A stretch of 37,779 nt of DNA from a virus (IMGVR_UViG_3300020428_001595:1-37779); one strand, 5' to 3'; positions 26,041 through 35,531 are shown, counted from the stretch's first letter. Made by a program: numbers and translations. Notes: generated by a model from the letters alone, not told the origin.

Positions 26041-26943
26041 ATGTTCAAAACCGAAAATATAAAGAGCATAGGACGAGCATACTTGGAAGTCCTAGGCATC
26101 AATGAAAAAAGTAAAAAGTCAGCCGAAGAAGATGCATCAAATGATAAATCTGATGACGGCGATGGAATGGATAAAGTAGATCCAAAGGCTGTCAAGAAAA
26201 AGTTTAAAGATCGTAAAGATAAAGACATCGATAATGATGGTGATACAGACGATTCTGACGAGTATCTTCATAAGAAAAGAAAAGCTATTTCTAAATCTTC
26301 TGACGACGAAGACGATAAAGAAGATGATGATGAGCAAGAAGAAGGTAAGCGCGGATTTATAGCTGCTGCTAAAAAGGCGAAAGAAAACGGTGATAAGAAG
26401 TTTACTTTTGCTGGTAAATCTTACGATGTTGAAGAAGCTCTTGAAGGTAAAGTTCCTTCATATGCAAATAGAAAAACTGCTAAAGCTGAGAAAGATGCAA
26501 GAACAGCCGCTCAAAGAAAGAAGGCAGGTCTTGATGATAATGTAAATCATGATAAAGAAGATATGCTAGTTGAAGATAATAATGAAACTTATAAGTGGGG
26601 CGATATTAATATGGCGTTGACATATCATGGTGTTAAGCCTGCACTTATCATGAAAGTAGTTGGTAGTTTGAAGAAAATTAAATCTGGTAAACTTAAACTT
26701 AAATTTAAAGAAGAAGTAAATGAAGCTGATGCGCATACCAAAGGTGCAGCACCAGCCGAACCTCAAGATTCTAAAGATAGCAACACTGCTAAAAAAATGA
26801 GGAAAGACCACGAAGGTCCTACTGTCGATTATCCTGGGAAGGATAAACAAGATAGTGCGGATAAAGTAAAACCATCACCTACTGCAGGAAGAGTTGCAAA
26901 TATGGGTGATAGAAATCCACTTAAAAAGAAAAAGGAGAACTAA
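26041..26943 (+). CDS. Highly charged protein with an EF-hand-like DxDxDG loop, probable virion protein
   Basis: DIDNDGDTDDSDEYLHKKRKAI; INE and VNE sites. Confidence 0.65.
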   Translation: MFKTENIKSIGRAYLEVLGINEKSKKSAEEDASNDKSDDGDGMDKVDPKAVKKKFKDRKDKDIDNDGDTDDSDEYLHKKRKAISKSSDDEDDKEDDDEQEEGKRGFIAAAKKAKENGDKKFTFAGKSYDVEEALEGKVPSYANRKTAKAEKDARTAAQRKKAGLDDNVNHDKEDMLVEDNNETYKWGDINMALTYHGVKPALIMKVVGSLKKIKSGKLKLKFKEEVNEADAHTKGAAPAEPQDSKDSNTAKKMRKDHEGPTVDYPGKDKQDSADKVKPSPTAGRVANMGDRNPLKKKKEN

Positions 26944-26946
26944 AAT

Positions 26947-27264
26947 ATGAATATTGCACCACCGGGATGGGCAAAAGACGCGATTCCTACTGTAAGAGGA
27001 TGGGTCAGCCCAAAAGGCGAATTACTTAAATCACAAAAAATTGCACAAGAAGATGTTGATGCATATTTGAATACAAGTGATTTCGTCGTAGAATCAGAGC
27101 CAGCACCACAAATGCTTAATGAGGCTCCTGCAAATCATCAAGGATTAGAAGATTATAGTAAATCTGAACTTGAAGCTTTAGGAAGACAACATAACATTGA
27201 GCTTAATACTCGTAAGAGCAAAGCTTCAATGGCAAAGGAACTCGAGGAGCATTTACTTAGTTAA
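26947..27264 (+). CDS. Hypothetical protein with a C-terminal helix-extension-helix-like module
   Basis: LEDYSKSELEALGRQHNIELNTRKSKASM. Confidence 0.6.
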   Translation: MNIAPPGWAKDAIPTVRGWVSPKGELLKSQKIAQEDVDAYLNTSDFVVESEPAPQMLNEAPANHQGLEDYSKSELEALGRQHNIELNTRKSKASMAKELEEHLLS

Positions 27265-27304
27265 TAGATAAAGGTATAATATAATCTTTATTGAAAGCTA
27301 AATT

Positions 27305-27667
27305 ATGTTTGATGAGTTAACTGAGAAAAATCTTCTTCTTTATGCAGCAAAAAATTACTATAATCCTTTAGGTGCAAGCTCTGATGAGTTTGAAGAAGAT
27401 TTAAAAAAATTTAAATATATTAAGCGTTTAGTTAATCGATACCTTGACAGTGGAGAACTTTCTGAACGCTTAATTATGAATCACTTAATTGTGGTTTTTA
27501 ATGTCTTTGGTATTGAAGCAGGCGTGAAAATTTTAGGGTTAAAACTTGAAGGAAGGCATTGGCCAGTTGTAAAACCATTTTTATTATATTTAAAATATAT
27601 TAAGAACGATGAGTTTACAAATATAAACATGGATAAAATTGTTGTAAAAAAGTTGAGAGTACTATGA
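27305..27667 (+). CDS. Conserved T4-like phage hypothetical protein
   Basis: YAAKNYYNP, EFEEDLKKFKYIKRL, ERLIMNHLIVVFNVFG. Confidence 0.75.
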   Translation: MFDELTEKNLLLYAAKNYYNPLGASSDEFEEDLKKFKYIKRLVNRYLDSGELSERLIMNHLIVVFNVFGIEAGVKILGLKLEGRHWPVVKPFLLYLKYIKNDEFTNINMDKIVVKKLRVL

Positions 27668-28269
27668 TGGCAGAATTAAAAGAAGGAATTCTAACAAGAG
27701 CAGCTGACCTTGTTTATACTTTTCGTTTTTTAAAATTACTGGTGACTCCTTGGAATAAGATGAAAGCCTTTGAACTTGGAATTATTGATGAAAACGGTAA
27801 ACGAGATAAAAAGGTAAAAGTTGCCGGCAATGATATGAAATCTGCTTATACACCATTTCACCGTCTTGTATTTAGCGTTAAACGATTCATTGGCATGGCT
27901 CCAGGAGGTAAAACTCGAATTGGATCGTATATTGCAGCCTTATTACTTTTAAAAGATAACTATAAAATAAGAGAAGATGGTCTACTTAAGATCACTGAAG
28001 AAGTAGGACTTGAGCCTCTTGATTTTTTATCAGAAGGTTCACAGTGGTTTTTATTAGACGATAAGATGCTTACTCCTGGGCGATATAAAATTTGTAATGA
28101 TACTATATTAGCATCTTCATATGAGCCTATGGTAAATGCTAAAGATACTCTTATCGCTGAGCCTAACGCCTATCCAAAAGGTGAAGTTTTTGGAATAGAT
28201 GTTTATGAGCTTACTCACGAAGCAACCAACCAAAAAGTTTACTGTACAATCAGCGAACTTTATAAATAA
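27664..28269 (+). CDS. Conserved T4-like phage hypothetical protein
   Basis: DLVYTFRFLKLLVTPW...AFELGIIDENG...AYTPFHRLV. Confidence 0.75.
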   Translation: MMAELKEGILTRAADLVYTFRFLKLLVTPWNKMKAFELGIIDENGKRDKKVKVAGNDMKSAYTPFHRLVFSVKRFIGMAPGGKTRIGSYIAALLLLKDNYKIREDGLLKITEEVGLEPLDFLSEGSQWFLLDDKMLTPGRYKICNDTILASSYEPMVNAKDTLIAEPNAYPKGEVFGIDVYELTHEATNQKVYCTISELYK

Positions 28270-28273
28270 AGCC

Positions 28274-28483
28274 ATGAAAAGAATTAAAGAAGAAATACCA
28301 GCAACTAATACAACCTCTGTGGCGGGTGCAGGTGATGATGGTATTGTAGTCGTTAAAAAGAAAAAAAAGAAAAAGCCACTTTATCCGGGTTATGAGGAAA
28401 TGGTGGCAGTCGATAGAAGATTAAAAGATCAATCACAACCAAGACTCTTAAAACGTTTTAGAGCACACATGGAGGAAAAATAA
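28274..28483 (+). CDS. Small basic late protein
   Basis: ATG 28274 directly after TATAAATA (28261-28268). Confidence 0.6.
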   Translation: MKRIKEEIPATNTTSVAGAGDDGIVVVKKKKKKKPLYPGYEEMVAVDRRLKDQSQPRLLKRFRAHMEEK

Positions 28484-28621
28484 ATGGCAGCATTGTTAAC
28501 TTGGTTAACAACTCACTGGATCGCAATTGTGGTCGGTGCATTTGTAGGGTGGAATGTTCCACAGCCGACATATATGAAAAAAATACAAACCTGGGTTATG
28601 GGAAAAATTAAAAGGAATTAA
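28484..28621 (+). CDS. Small membrane protein, 45 aa (MAALLTWLTTHWIAIVVGAFVGWNVPQP...)
   Basis: GGAGG RBS; one TM segment; below the ORF-track cutoff. Confidence 0.65.
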   Translation: MAALLTWLTTHWIAIVVGAFVGWNVPQPTYMKKIQTWVMGKIKRN

Positions 28622-28624
28622 ATT

Positions 28625-29089
28625 ATGTTATCGATATTAGGGTCTTTAATAGGATTTGCCGGTTCTGCAGTTCCTGCAGTAACTGACATTTTTAAAGGAA
28701 AGGATGAGCGTAAGCACGAGCTTGATAAGATGAAAATGATGGCTGAGCTAAAAAAGCAGGGCATGGATTTTGATCTTAAAATGTATGATACTATGGGAGC
28801 TGATAAAGAACACCAGCGTCTTATGGATCATGACATTGCTATATCCAAAGGAACCGGCTTTATGTCAGGTTTACAAAAGTCTGTAAGGCCTGTGATAACT
28901 TATGCATTCTTCGGATTGTTCGCAGCAATTGAAATTACATTGTTGCAAGATGCAATTACAAGAGGCGTTGAATTCAGTGATGCTATTAAGTTATTATGGG
29001 ATGATGAGACTAAAGCTATCTTCGCAGCTATAATCTCATTTTGGTTTGGTTCAAGAGCAGTCGAAAAAGCTCGAGGAAAATCAAAATAG
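28625..29089 (+). CDS. Holin-like membrane protein (3TM holin family)
   Basis: SVRPVITY and IISFWFGSR motifs; hydrophobic segments. Confidence 0.7.
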   Translation: MLSILGSLIGFAGSAVPAVTDIFKGKDERKHELDKMKMMAELKKQGMDFDLKMYDTMGADKEHQRLMDHDIAISKGTGFMSGLQKSVRPVITYAFFGLFAAIEITLLQDAITRGVEFSDAIKLLWDDETKAIFAAIISFWFGSRAVEKARGKSK

Positions 29090-29092
29090 TCC

Positions 29093-29121
29093 TTTACTTT
29101 TACAGCAAACTATAGTATAAT
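29093..29121 (+). promoter_or_regulatory. Sigma70-type promoter of nrdJ
   Basis: TTTACT-17 nt-TATAAT. Confidence 0.65.
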
Positions 29122-29185
29122 ATATCTAAACAATTACATTTAGGCGTCTTAACGAAAAAATGACATAGGACGCAGGAGGAAACGT

Positions 29186-31105
29186 ATGTCGAAAAATCAG
29201 CTACCTACACTATACCAAGAGTTTATTCATTTATCCCGTTATTCAAGATGGTTACCAGAAGAAGGACGGAGAGAAACGTGGTCTGAAACGGTTGGACGAT
29301 ATTTTGACTTTTTTGATGAGCATGTCAAAGAAATGCACGATTTCAAAATCCCTAAAGATATTAGAAATGAACTGGAAGAAAACGTACTAAGCATTGGTGT
29401 TATGCCTTCAATGCGTTGTCTTATGACTGCGGGCGAAGCTCTTAAGCGAGAAAATATTGCAGGATATAATTGTTCATATGTAGCTATAAATCGTGTTCAA
29501 GCGTTTGATGAAATTTTGTACGTTCTAATGAATGGAACAGGTGTTGGATTTTCTGTTGAGCGTCAATTTGTAAGTCAACTTCCTTCAGTAGCTGAGGAGT
29601 TCTTTGAAACAGAAACAACGGTTGTAGTTGCAGATAGTAAACTTGGTTGGGCTAAAGCATTTAAAGAAATTGTTGCTATGCTATATCAAGGACAAATACC
29701 TACATGGGACTTATCAAAAGTAAGAGCAGCAGGTACTCCTCTTAAAACGTTTGGTGGTAGAGCATCAGGTCCTGAGCCTCTTGAAAGATTATTTCAATTC
29801 ACCGTAGAAACTTTTAGTGGTGCTGCAGGGCGTAAACTTAATTCTGTTGAGTGTCATGATATTGTTTGTAAGATTGCAGAAATTGTTGTTGTTGGAGGCG
29901 TAAGAAGATCTGCTCTTATTTCTCTTTCTAATCTAAGCGATGATAGAATGAGACATGCAAAAGCAGGTCAATGGTGGCAAGATAATGGTCAAAGAGCTCT
30001 TGCAAATAATTCAGCCGCATATACTGAAAAGCCTGATATGGGAATCTTTATGGATGAATGGAAATCTTTGTATGATTCTAAATCAGGAGAAAGAGGAATA
30101 TTCAATCGTCAATCTGCTACAGAGCAAGCAGAAAGAAATGGTAGAAGAAAAACTGAAGGATACGAATATGGAACAAACCCATGTTCAGAAATTATTTTAA
30201 GAGATAGAGAATTCTGTAATTTAAGTGAGGTAGTAGTAAGAGCATCTGATACAGAAAAAACTCTTATGAAAAAAGTAGAACTTGCTGCGATCCTTGGTAC
30301 TTTACAATCAACTCTTACAAATTTCAAATATGTGTCAAAACATTGGAAAGCTAATTGCGAAGAAGAAAGACTTCTTGGTGTATCATTAACTGGTATTATG
30401 GATTGTGAATTTACTAATGGCAAGAAAGATGGACTACAAAAACTTTTAGAAAAATTAAAAGCACATGCAATTAAGACGAATGAAGAGTGGGCTAAAAAAA
30501 TTGGTATTCCACAGTCTGCAGCTATTACGTGTGTTAAGCCTTCTGGTACTGTATCTCAACTTGTCGATGCTGCTAGTGGTATCCACGCTCGTCATAATCC
30601 TTATTATATCAGGACAGTACGAGGTGACAAAAAAGATCCTCTTACTCAGTTTATGGCTAATTCAGGATTTCCTATCGAAGACGACGTAATGAATCCAAGC
30701 CATACGTCTGTTTTTTCGTTTCCAATGAAAGTTGATGCATCTGCAGTTTTTAGAAAAGATATGTCGGCTATTGAACAATTGGAAATTTGGTTAATGTATC
30801 AAAAACATTGGTGCGAACATAAACCATCTGTTACTATTACCGTTAAAGAAAGTGAGTGGATGGAAGTTGGAGCATGGGTTTTTGAAAACTTTAAATGGAT
30901 GAGCGGTGTTTCGTTCTTGCCATTTAGCGATCATTCTTATAAACAAGCACCTTATCAGGATTGCGATAAAAAGGAGTATACCGAAATGCTTAGTAAAATG
31001 CCAAAAGAAGTTAATTGGGCAGCTCTATCTGAGTATGAAAAATCAGATATGACTGTCGGCGCCCAAGAGCTAGCATGCTCTGCTGGCTTTTGTGAGATAC
31101 AGTAG
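29186..31105 (+). CDS. nrdJ: Ribonucleotide reductase, class II (adenosylcobalamin-dependent)
   Basis: YNCS, GTGVGFSV, GGVRRSA, TNPCSEI, CNLSE, CVKPSGT, C-terminal CSAGFC; no nrdB adjacent. Confidence 0.9.
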   Translation: MSKNQLPTLYQEFIHLSRYSRWLPEEGRRETWSETVGRYFDFFDEHVKEMHDFKIPKDIRNELEENVLSIGVMPSMRCLMTAGEALKRENIAGYNCSYVAINRVQAFDEILYVLMNGTGVGFSVERQFVSQLPSVAEEFFETETTVVVADSKLGWAKAFKEIVAMLYQGQIPTWDLSKVRAAGTPLKTFGGRASGPEPLERLFQFTVETFSGAAGRKLNSVECHDIVCKIAEIVVVGGVRRSALISLSNLSDDRMRHAKAGQWWQDNGQRALANNSAAYTEKPDMGIFMDEWKSLYDSKSGERGIFNRQSATEQAERNGRRKTEGYEYGTNPCSEIILRDREFCNLSEVVVRASDTEKTLMKKVELAAILGTLQSTLTNFKYVSKHWKANCEEERLLGVSLTGIMDCEFTNGKKDGLQKLLEKLKAHAIKTNEEWAKKIGIPQSAAITCVKPSGTVSQLVDAASGIHARHNPYYIRTVRGDKKDPLTQFMANSGFPIEDDVMNPSHTSVFSFPMKVDASAVFRKDMSAIEQLEIWLMYQKHWCEHKPSVTITVKESEWMEVGAWVFENFKWMSGVSFLPFSDHSYKQAPYQDCDKKEYTEMLSKMPKEVNWAALSEYEKSDMTVGAQELACSAGFCEIQ

Positions 31106-31248
31106 TGGTTTGGTATTGGATAGAATGCATGGATTGTGATGCAGAAATAAAAGTTCAAGTAAAGGGTGAAGATGAGTTTGAGCCTTCTTATTGTCCGTTG
31201 TGCGGAAGCGATGCCACATCAGGAGAAATGGACTCGGACGGTTCGTAA
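31105..31248 (+). CDS. Small zinc-ribbon protein, 47 aa
   Basis: CMDC...CPLC; GTG overlaps the nrdJ stop; below the ORF-track cutoff. Confidence 0.7.
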   Translation: MVWYWIECMDCDAEIKVQVKGEDEFEPSYCPLCGSDATSGEMDSDGS

Positions 31249-31266
31249 ACGTAGATATATAACCTT

Positions 31267-31668
31267 ATGTGGTTATATAATAACGAAACGCTTGAAGAAA
31301 CTCCTGAAGAATATCAAGGATTTGTTTATCAAATAACAGAAATTGATACAGGTAAAAAGTACATTGGAAAGAAGAATTTCTGGAGACGTAAAACACTCCC
31401 CGTCACTAAGACGCGTAAGAGAAGAGTACATTCGCGTGCAGAATCTGACTGGAGAGAATACTTCGGTTCATCAACTAAGTTATGTGAATTGGTGGAAGAA
31501 CGCAGTACCAAGCATTTTAGAAGAGAAATCCTCCGTCTTTGTAAGACTAAAGGAGAAATGTCTTACTATGAAGCAAAACTTCAATTTGAAAAAGATGTTC
31601 TTTTGAGTGACGAATATTTTAATGAATTCATTGGATGCAAGATACATTCAAGACATATAAAAAAGTGA
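31267..31668 (+). CDS. GIY-YIG family endonuclease
   Basis: GFVYQIT...KYIGKK, ESDWREYFGS, terminal YFN. Confidence 0.8.
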   Translation: MWLYNNETLEETPEEYQGFVYQITEIDTGKKYIGKKNFWRRKTLPVTKTRKRRVHSRAESDWREYFGSSTKLCELVEERSTKHFRREILRLCKTKGEMSYYEAKLQFEKDVLLSDEYFNEFIGCKIHSRHIKK

Positions 31669-31687
31669 AAAAAAATGCATTTTATGG

Positions 31688-31716
31688 TTTACAAACCATT
31701 CGTACTGTGGTATAAT
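31688..31716 (+). promoter_or_regulatory. Sigma70-type early promoter
   Basis: TTTACA-17 nt-TATAAT with TGTGG; near-copy of the 17941 promoter. Confidence 0.82.
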
Positions 31717-31747
31717 AAAGCTATATTAATGGAAAGGACTCTATATT

Positions 31748-31969
31748 ATGTACAAAATCTCAACTAACATCAACTACAATACATCTAAATCTTTAATCAA
31801 ACAATTCGCAACCACCCACGGCTGTGTCTTATCAAAATTTCAAACAAACGATCCCGCCGGCGGAAATCATCTATGTGAATTCTCATCACATAACAAACAT
31901 TACATTATGGAATTATGTGACCAACTTGAAATCTCTCATTCCAAAATAACCTATCAACGGATCTCATAA
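31748..31969 (+). CDS. Small hypothetical early protein
   Basis: AAGGA RBS; stop overlaps the rnh start. Confidence 0.65.
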   Translation: MYKISTNINYNTSKSLIKQFATTHGCVLSKFQTNDPAGGNHLCEFSSHNKHYIMELCDQLEISHSKITYQRIS

Positions 31970-32811
31970 TGATTTTACTTGACTATAACGCAATCTCTAT
32001 TGCATCTATTATGGTGCAAAAATTAGATATTCAAGAAAACTTAATACGACACATGATCTTAAACACAATAAGAATGTATCGTCAAAAGTTTGGAGAAGAA
32101 TATGGAGATATGGTTATTTGTTCTGATGCTGGAGGAAACTGGCGAAAGTCTGTTTATCCTGAGTATAAAGCTAATCGTAAAAAAGGAAGAGATGAATCCA
32201 GTTTAGATTGGAATGAAATCTTTCGTGTTATCTCTCTTGTAAGAGAAGAGATAAAAGAAAACTTTCCTTATAAAGTCCTTCATATTGAAGGGTGTGAGGC
32301 GGATGATATCATTGCTCAATTGTGTTATAACACACAAGAGTTTGGTCAATATGAACCAATAATGATAGTCTCCGCCGATAAGGATTTTGCTCAGTTGCAG
32401 GTGCTAGATAATGTAAAACAATTCTCACCTATGACAAAGAAATTCATCAAAGAGGATAATCCTAGAGTTCAACTCATGAACCTAATCCTTTCTGGTGACA
32501 CGTCTGACGGCGTTCCGAATGTCCTTTCCGACGACAAGTGTCTTGTCGAGGAACGCCGTCAGACACCGCTTTCTTATAAAAAGAAACAACTATTAGCAGA
32601 AGATCCACAAGCTCTTGGAGAATCTGTATATAGAAATTATATAAGAAATAAAAAAGTTATAGATTTGACCGAATCGCCTGATCGTGTAAAATCTGAAATT
32701 ATAAATAAATTTAACAGCCAGAGTCCGTGGTCCAATAAAGGTAAGGTGTTTCCATATCTTGTTGGTAAGAGACTTAAATTGTTATTAGAAAAAGTGGAGG
32801 AGTTCATATAA
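31969..32811 (+). CDS. rnh: T4-type RNase H / 5'-3' exonuclease
   Basis: MILLD, WRK...YKANR, EADDIIA, SADKDFAQL, GDTSDGVPN. Confidence 0.95.
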   Translation: MILLDYNAISIASIMVQKLDIQENLIRHMILNTIRMYRQKFGEEYGDMVICSDAGGNWRKSVYPEYKANRKKGRDESSLDWNEIFRVISLVREEIKENFPYKVLHIEGCEADDIIAQLCYNTQEFGQYEPIMIVSADKDFAQLQVLDNVKQFSPMTKKFIKEDNPRVQLMNLILSGDTSDGVPNVLSDDKCLVEERRQTPLSYKKKQLLAEDPQALGESVYRNYIRNKKVIDLTESPDRVKSEIINKFNSQSPWSNKGKVFPYLVGKRLKLLLEKVEEFI

Positions 32812-32813
32812 TT

Positions 32814-33254
32814 ATGGTTATGTCTGTCTGGGAAACTCTTGATTCGATGAATAAAAAACGATCGAAGGAAGATAAGATTAGAATATTAAAAGAAAATGAA
32901 TCATGGGCTTTGAAGGATATTATTCGTGGCTCAATTGATGAATCAGTAGAATGGAATTTGCCTCAAGGTGATGCACCATATACGCCCGCACCGGAAGAAA
33001 GTCATCCTGCAAATCTGCAGCGTGAAAACCAAAAATTTATTTATTTCGTTAAAGGTGGTCAAGGAGACCACATGCCTGCGTATAAACGTGAACGAATATT
33101 CTTAGGAATACTCGAAGGCGTCCATCCAAAAGATGCAGAATTAGTTTCCAACATGGTTAGGAAAGTCATACCAAAAGGGCTATCAAGACCTATTGTTGAA
33201 CAAGCTTTCCCTGGTCTTTTAAAAGATGACAGTAGAAGCGTAAATACTAATTGA
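32814..33254 (+). CDS. Conserved T4-like phage hypothetical protein
   Basis: WNLPQGDAPY, KRERIFLGILEGVHPKDAE, AFPGL. Confidence 0.75.
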   Translation: MVMSVWETLDSMNKKRSKEDKIRILKENESWALKDIIRGSIDESVEWNLPQGDAPYTPAPEESHPANLQRENQKFIYFVKGGQGDHMPAYKRERIFLGILEGVHPKDAELVSNMVRKVIPKGLSRPIVEQAFPGLLKDDSRSVNTN

Positions 33255-33280
33255 TGTATCAAACCTCAAATCAATCCAAG

Positions 33281-33315
33281 CCGTATATCTTTCTTCGGAG
33301 AGCTATGCGGTTTTT
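33281..33315 (+). terminator. Intrinsic terminator with a C(UUCG)G tetraloop
   Basis: CCGTATA-CTTTC-TTCG-GAGAG-TATGCGG followed by TTTTT. Confidence 0.7.
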
Positions 33316-33337
33316 ACTTTCTATAGGAGATACAAAA

Positions 33338-33502
33338 ATGACACAAGCCGAAAGATTAGAAAAAGACGTGAAAGATTTAGAACATTATGCTCTTAGGTTA
33401 AAAAAGAAAGGCAAAGTGGATTTGGCTAAAAAAATCTTAATAAAGAAAGAATACGCATTAGCATATCTTAACGGAGAAAATTCTATGAAATTTGCTTCAT
33501 AA
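33338..33502 (+). CDS. Small hypothetical protein
   Basis: Start moved to ATG 33338 after AGGAG. Confidence 0.6.
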   Translation: MTQAERLEKDVKDLEHYALRLKKKGKVDLAKKILIKKEYALAYLNGENSMKFAS

Positions 33503-33507
33503 AATGG

Positions 33508-33536
33508 TGTACTTTTTGTTATGAATGTGGTATAAT
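33508..33536 (+). promoter_or_regulatory. Sigma70-type promoter
   Basis: TGTACT-17 nt-TATAAT with TGTGG. Confidence 0.72.
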
Positions 33537-33561
33537 ATTATTATAGAAAGTGAGACTTATT

Positions 33562-34137
33562 ATGAATATATTTGTGCTTGACAAAGATCCTGCAAAAGCA
33601 GCAATGATGATGTGCGATAAGCATATCCCCAAAATGGTTGTGGAAAGTGCGCAAATGCTTTCTACTGCTCATCGCATGTTAGACGGTAAATTAGAAAAGA
33701 GGCCATCGAAGTCTGGTAAAACAATGGTGAAGCATTGGATTCTAGATGATCAATATATGGAAAACACTTTATATAAAGCCGTTCACATGCATCACCCGTG
33801 TACTACATGGACTATGGAATCAGCACAAAATTACAGGTGGCATTTTTATCATTTCTCAGCTTTAGGCAAAGAATTCGAATATCGTAGAAATAAAAAACAT
33901 TCTACTATTGAACTTCTTATTGACGCCTTAGCTAACTTACCTATAAATATCACAGACGGTCCTAGGACAGAATTTGCTCAAGCTATGAAAGCTTATCCAG
34001 ATTGTATGGTGGAGGGTGATGCTGTACAGGCTTATAGAAATTATTATCACGAAGCTAAACCTTTCGCTGAATGGCAATGGGGAAGGGAAGCTCCAACATG
34101 GTGGAAGGGATATAGTGGTGCCAACTTACACAGTTAA
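33562..34137 (+). CDS. Pyrimidine dimer DNA glycosylase/endonuclease V-related protein
   Basis: MNIFVLD...CDKHIPKMVVESAQMLSTAH, HPCTTW, AYRNYY. Confidence 0.75.
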   Translation: MNIFVLDKDPAKAAMMMCDKHIPKMVVESAQMLSTAHRMLDGKLEKRPSKSGKTMVKHWILDDQYMENTLYKAVHMHHPCTTWTMESAQNYRWHFYHFSALGKEFEYRRNKKHSTIELLIDALANLPINITDGPRTEFAQAMKAYPDCMVEGDAVQAYRNYYHEAKPFAEWQWGREAPTWWKGYSGANLHS

Positions 34138-34354
34138 AACAAAAAATGGATCAGACGAATGGGACGTTCAATGTTCCTATGATGAATTACAAACTTTATT
34201 AAAGGATAAAGATTTGGTTCAAGTTCCTAAGTTTCCAGCTATTCTAGGAGGTGTTGGAAATACACACCCTAATTCGAAAACATCTGACGGTTGGAAGGAT
34301 CATTTAAAAAGAATAAAAGCTGGATCTGGTCGCGGAAATACGATAGACGTATAA
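34118..34354 (+). CDS. Small FmdB-like protein (MPTY N-terminus) lacking the zinc cysteines
   Basis: GTG-PTYTVK start; DGWKDHLKRIK; usual neighbour of phoH. Confidence 0.6.
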   Translation: MPTYTVKTKNGSDEWDVQCSYDELQTLLKDKDLVQVPKFPAILGGVGNTHPNSKTSDGWKDHLKRIKAGSGRGNTIDV

Positions 34355-35067
34355 TGGGTAGAAAAACAAAAAATAATGAAACGCCTAGAAATAATTCTAT
34401 GACCGTTAAGTTAGATGATCTTAATGAATTTCAAGCATTAACTAAAAACCAAGAATATGCAACAACAGCATGGGATGAAGGAGATCATTTAGTTTTAACT
34501 GGTTCAGCAGGTACTGGTAAAACTTTTTTAGGAATGTACTTAGGTTTAGAAGAAACTTTAGATAAAGAAAAACGATATGATCAAATGGTTATCATTAGAT
34601 CAGTAGTGCCTGTAAGAGAGATTGGTTTCTTACCCGGTACTTATGAAGAAAAGATAGATAGTTATACAGCTCCGTATCGATCTATTGCATCGGAGCTTTT
34701 TGGCGATTATGCAGCATTTAATAAAATGACAAATGCTAATCAATTAATTTTTGAATCTACCTCATTTATGAGAGGTGTTACTTATGACAATAGTGTAATT
34801 TTAGTAGATGAAATGCAAAATTTAAATTTTCATGAACTTGATTCCATTATTACTAGAATAGGAAAAAATTGCAGAATCATATTCTGTGGAGATTATCTAC
34901 AAACCGACTTCAAATATGATGATGAGAAAAACGGGATTATGAAGTTTATGGCGATTGTAGAGCAGCTAAAGAATTTTACGGTGATAAACTTTGGTTGGGA
35001 CGATATTGTGAGGTCAGATTTCGTCAGAGATTATATTATGACAAAAGAAATGTTAAAAATATCTTAG
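34354..35067 (+). CDS. phoH: PhoH-like ATPase
   Basis: GSAGTGKT, IGFLPG, FMRG, VDEMQN, TRIG, GDYLQTD, DIVRS. Confidence 0.95.
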   Translation: MGRKTKNNETPRNNSMTVKLDDLNEFQALTKNQEYATTAWDEGDHLVLTGSAGTGKTFLGMYLGLEETLDKEKRYDQMVIIRSVVPVREIGFLPGTYEEKIDSYTAPYRSIASELFGDYAAFNKMTNANQLIFESTSFMRGVTYDNSVILVDEMQNLNFHELDSIITRIGKNCRIIFCGDYLQTDFKYDDEKNGIMKFMAIVEQLKNFTVINFGWDDIVRSDFVRDYIMTKEMLKIS

Positions 35068-35075
35068 GAGGAACT

Positions 35076-35531
35076 ATGGCTTTTAAATTATCAAAAAGAT
35101 CTTTAGATCGATTAGAAGGAGTTGATGAACGTCTTGTAGACGTAGTCAAACTTGCAATAGAAGAAACAACAATTGATTTTGGAGTTATTCAAGGACTAAG
35201 AACTCTTGAAGAACAAAAGAAGTTGTTTGAATCAGGTGCTTCCCAAACAATGAAGTCAAAGCACCTTGATGGTCAAGCAGTTGATCTGATGGCCTACGTT
35301 AGCGGAAGAGGTAGTTGGGAACTTAACGTTTATGATGAAATTGCTGATGCTATGAAATGGGCAGCCGATGATATGGGTGTGCCAATTCGTTGGGGCGCAG
35401 CATGGCATATTGCCGACATCCGAGAATGGGATGGCACAATGGAAGACGCGATGAATGATTATGTAGATACTCGTCGCGCCGAAGGACGGAGGCCTTTTAT
35501 AGATGCACCACATTTTGAAATTAACGAGTAG
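35076..35531 (+). CDS. Endolysin, peptidase M15 (L-Ala-D-Glu endopeptidase type)
   Basis: LSKRSLDRLEGV, GLRT, SKHLDGQAVD, IRWG, DAPHFE. Confidence 0.9.
   Translation: MAFKLSKRSLDRLEGVDERLVDVVKLAIEETTIDFGVIQGLRTLEEQKKLFESGASQTMKSKHLDGQAVDLMAYVSGRGSWELNVYDEIADAMKWAADDMGVPIRWGAAWHIADIREWDGTMEDAMNDYVDTRRAEGRRPFIDAPHFEINE

Noticed and set aside
31267-31668. Homing endonuclease or intron associated with nrdJ
   Set aside because: nrdJ is uninterrupted, and the protein is a short GIY-YIG domain with no evident DNA-binding extension.
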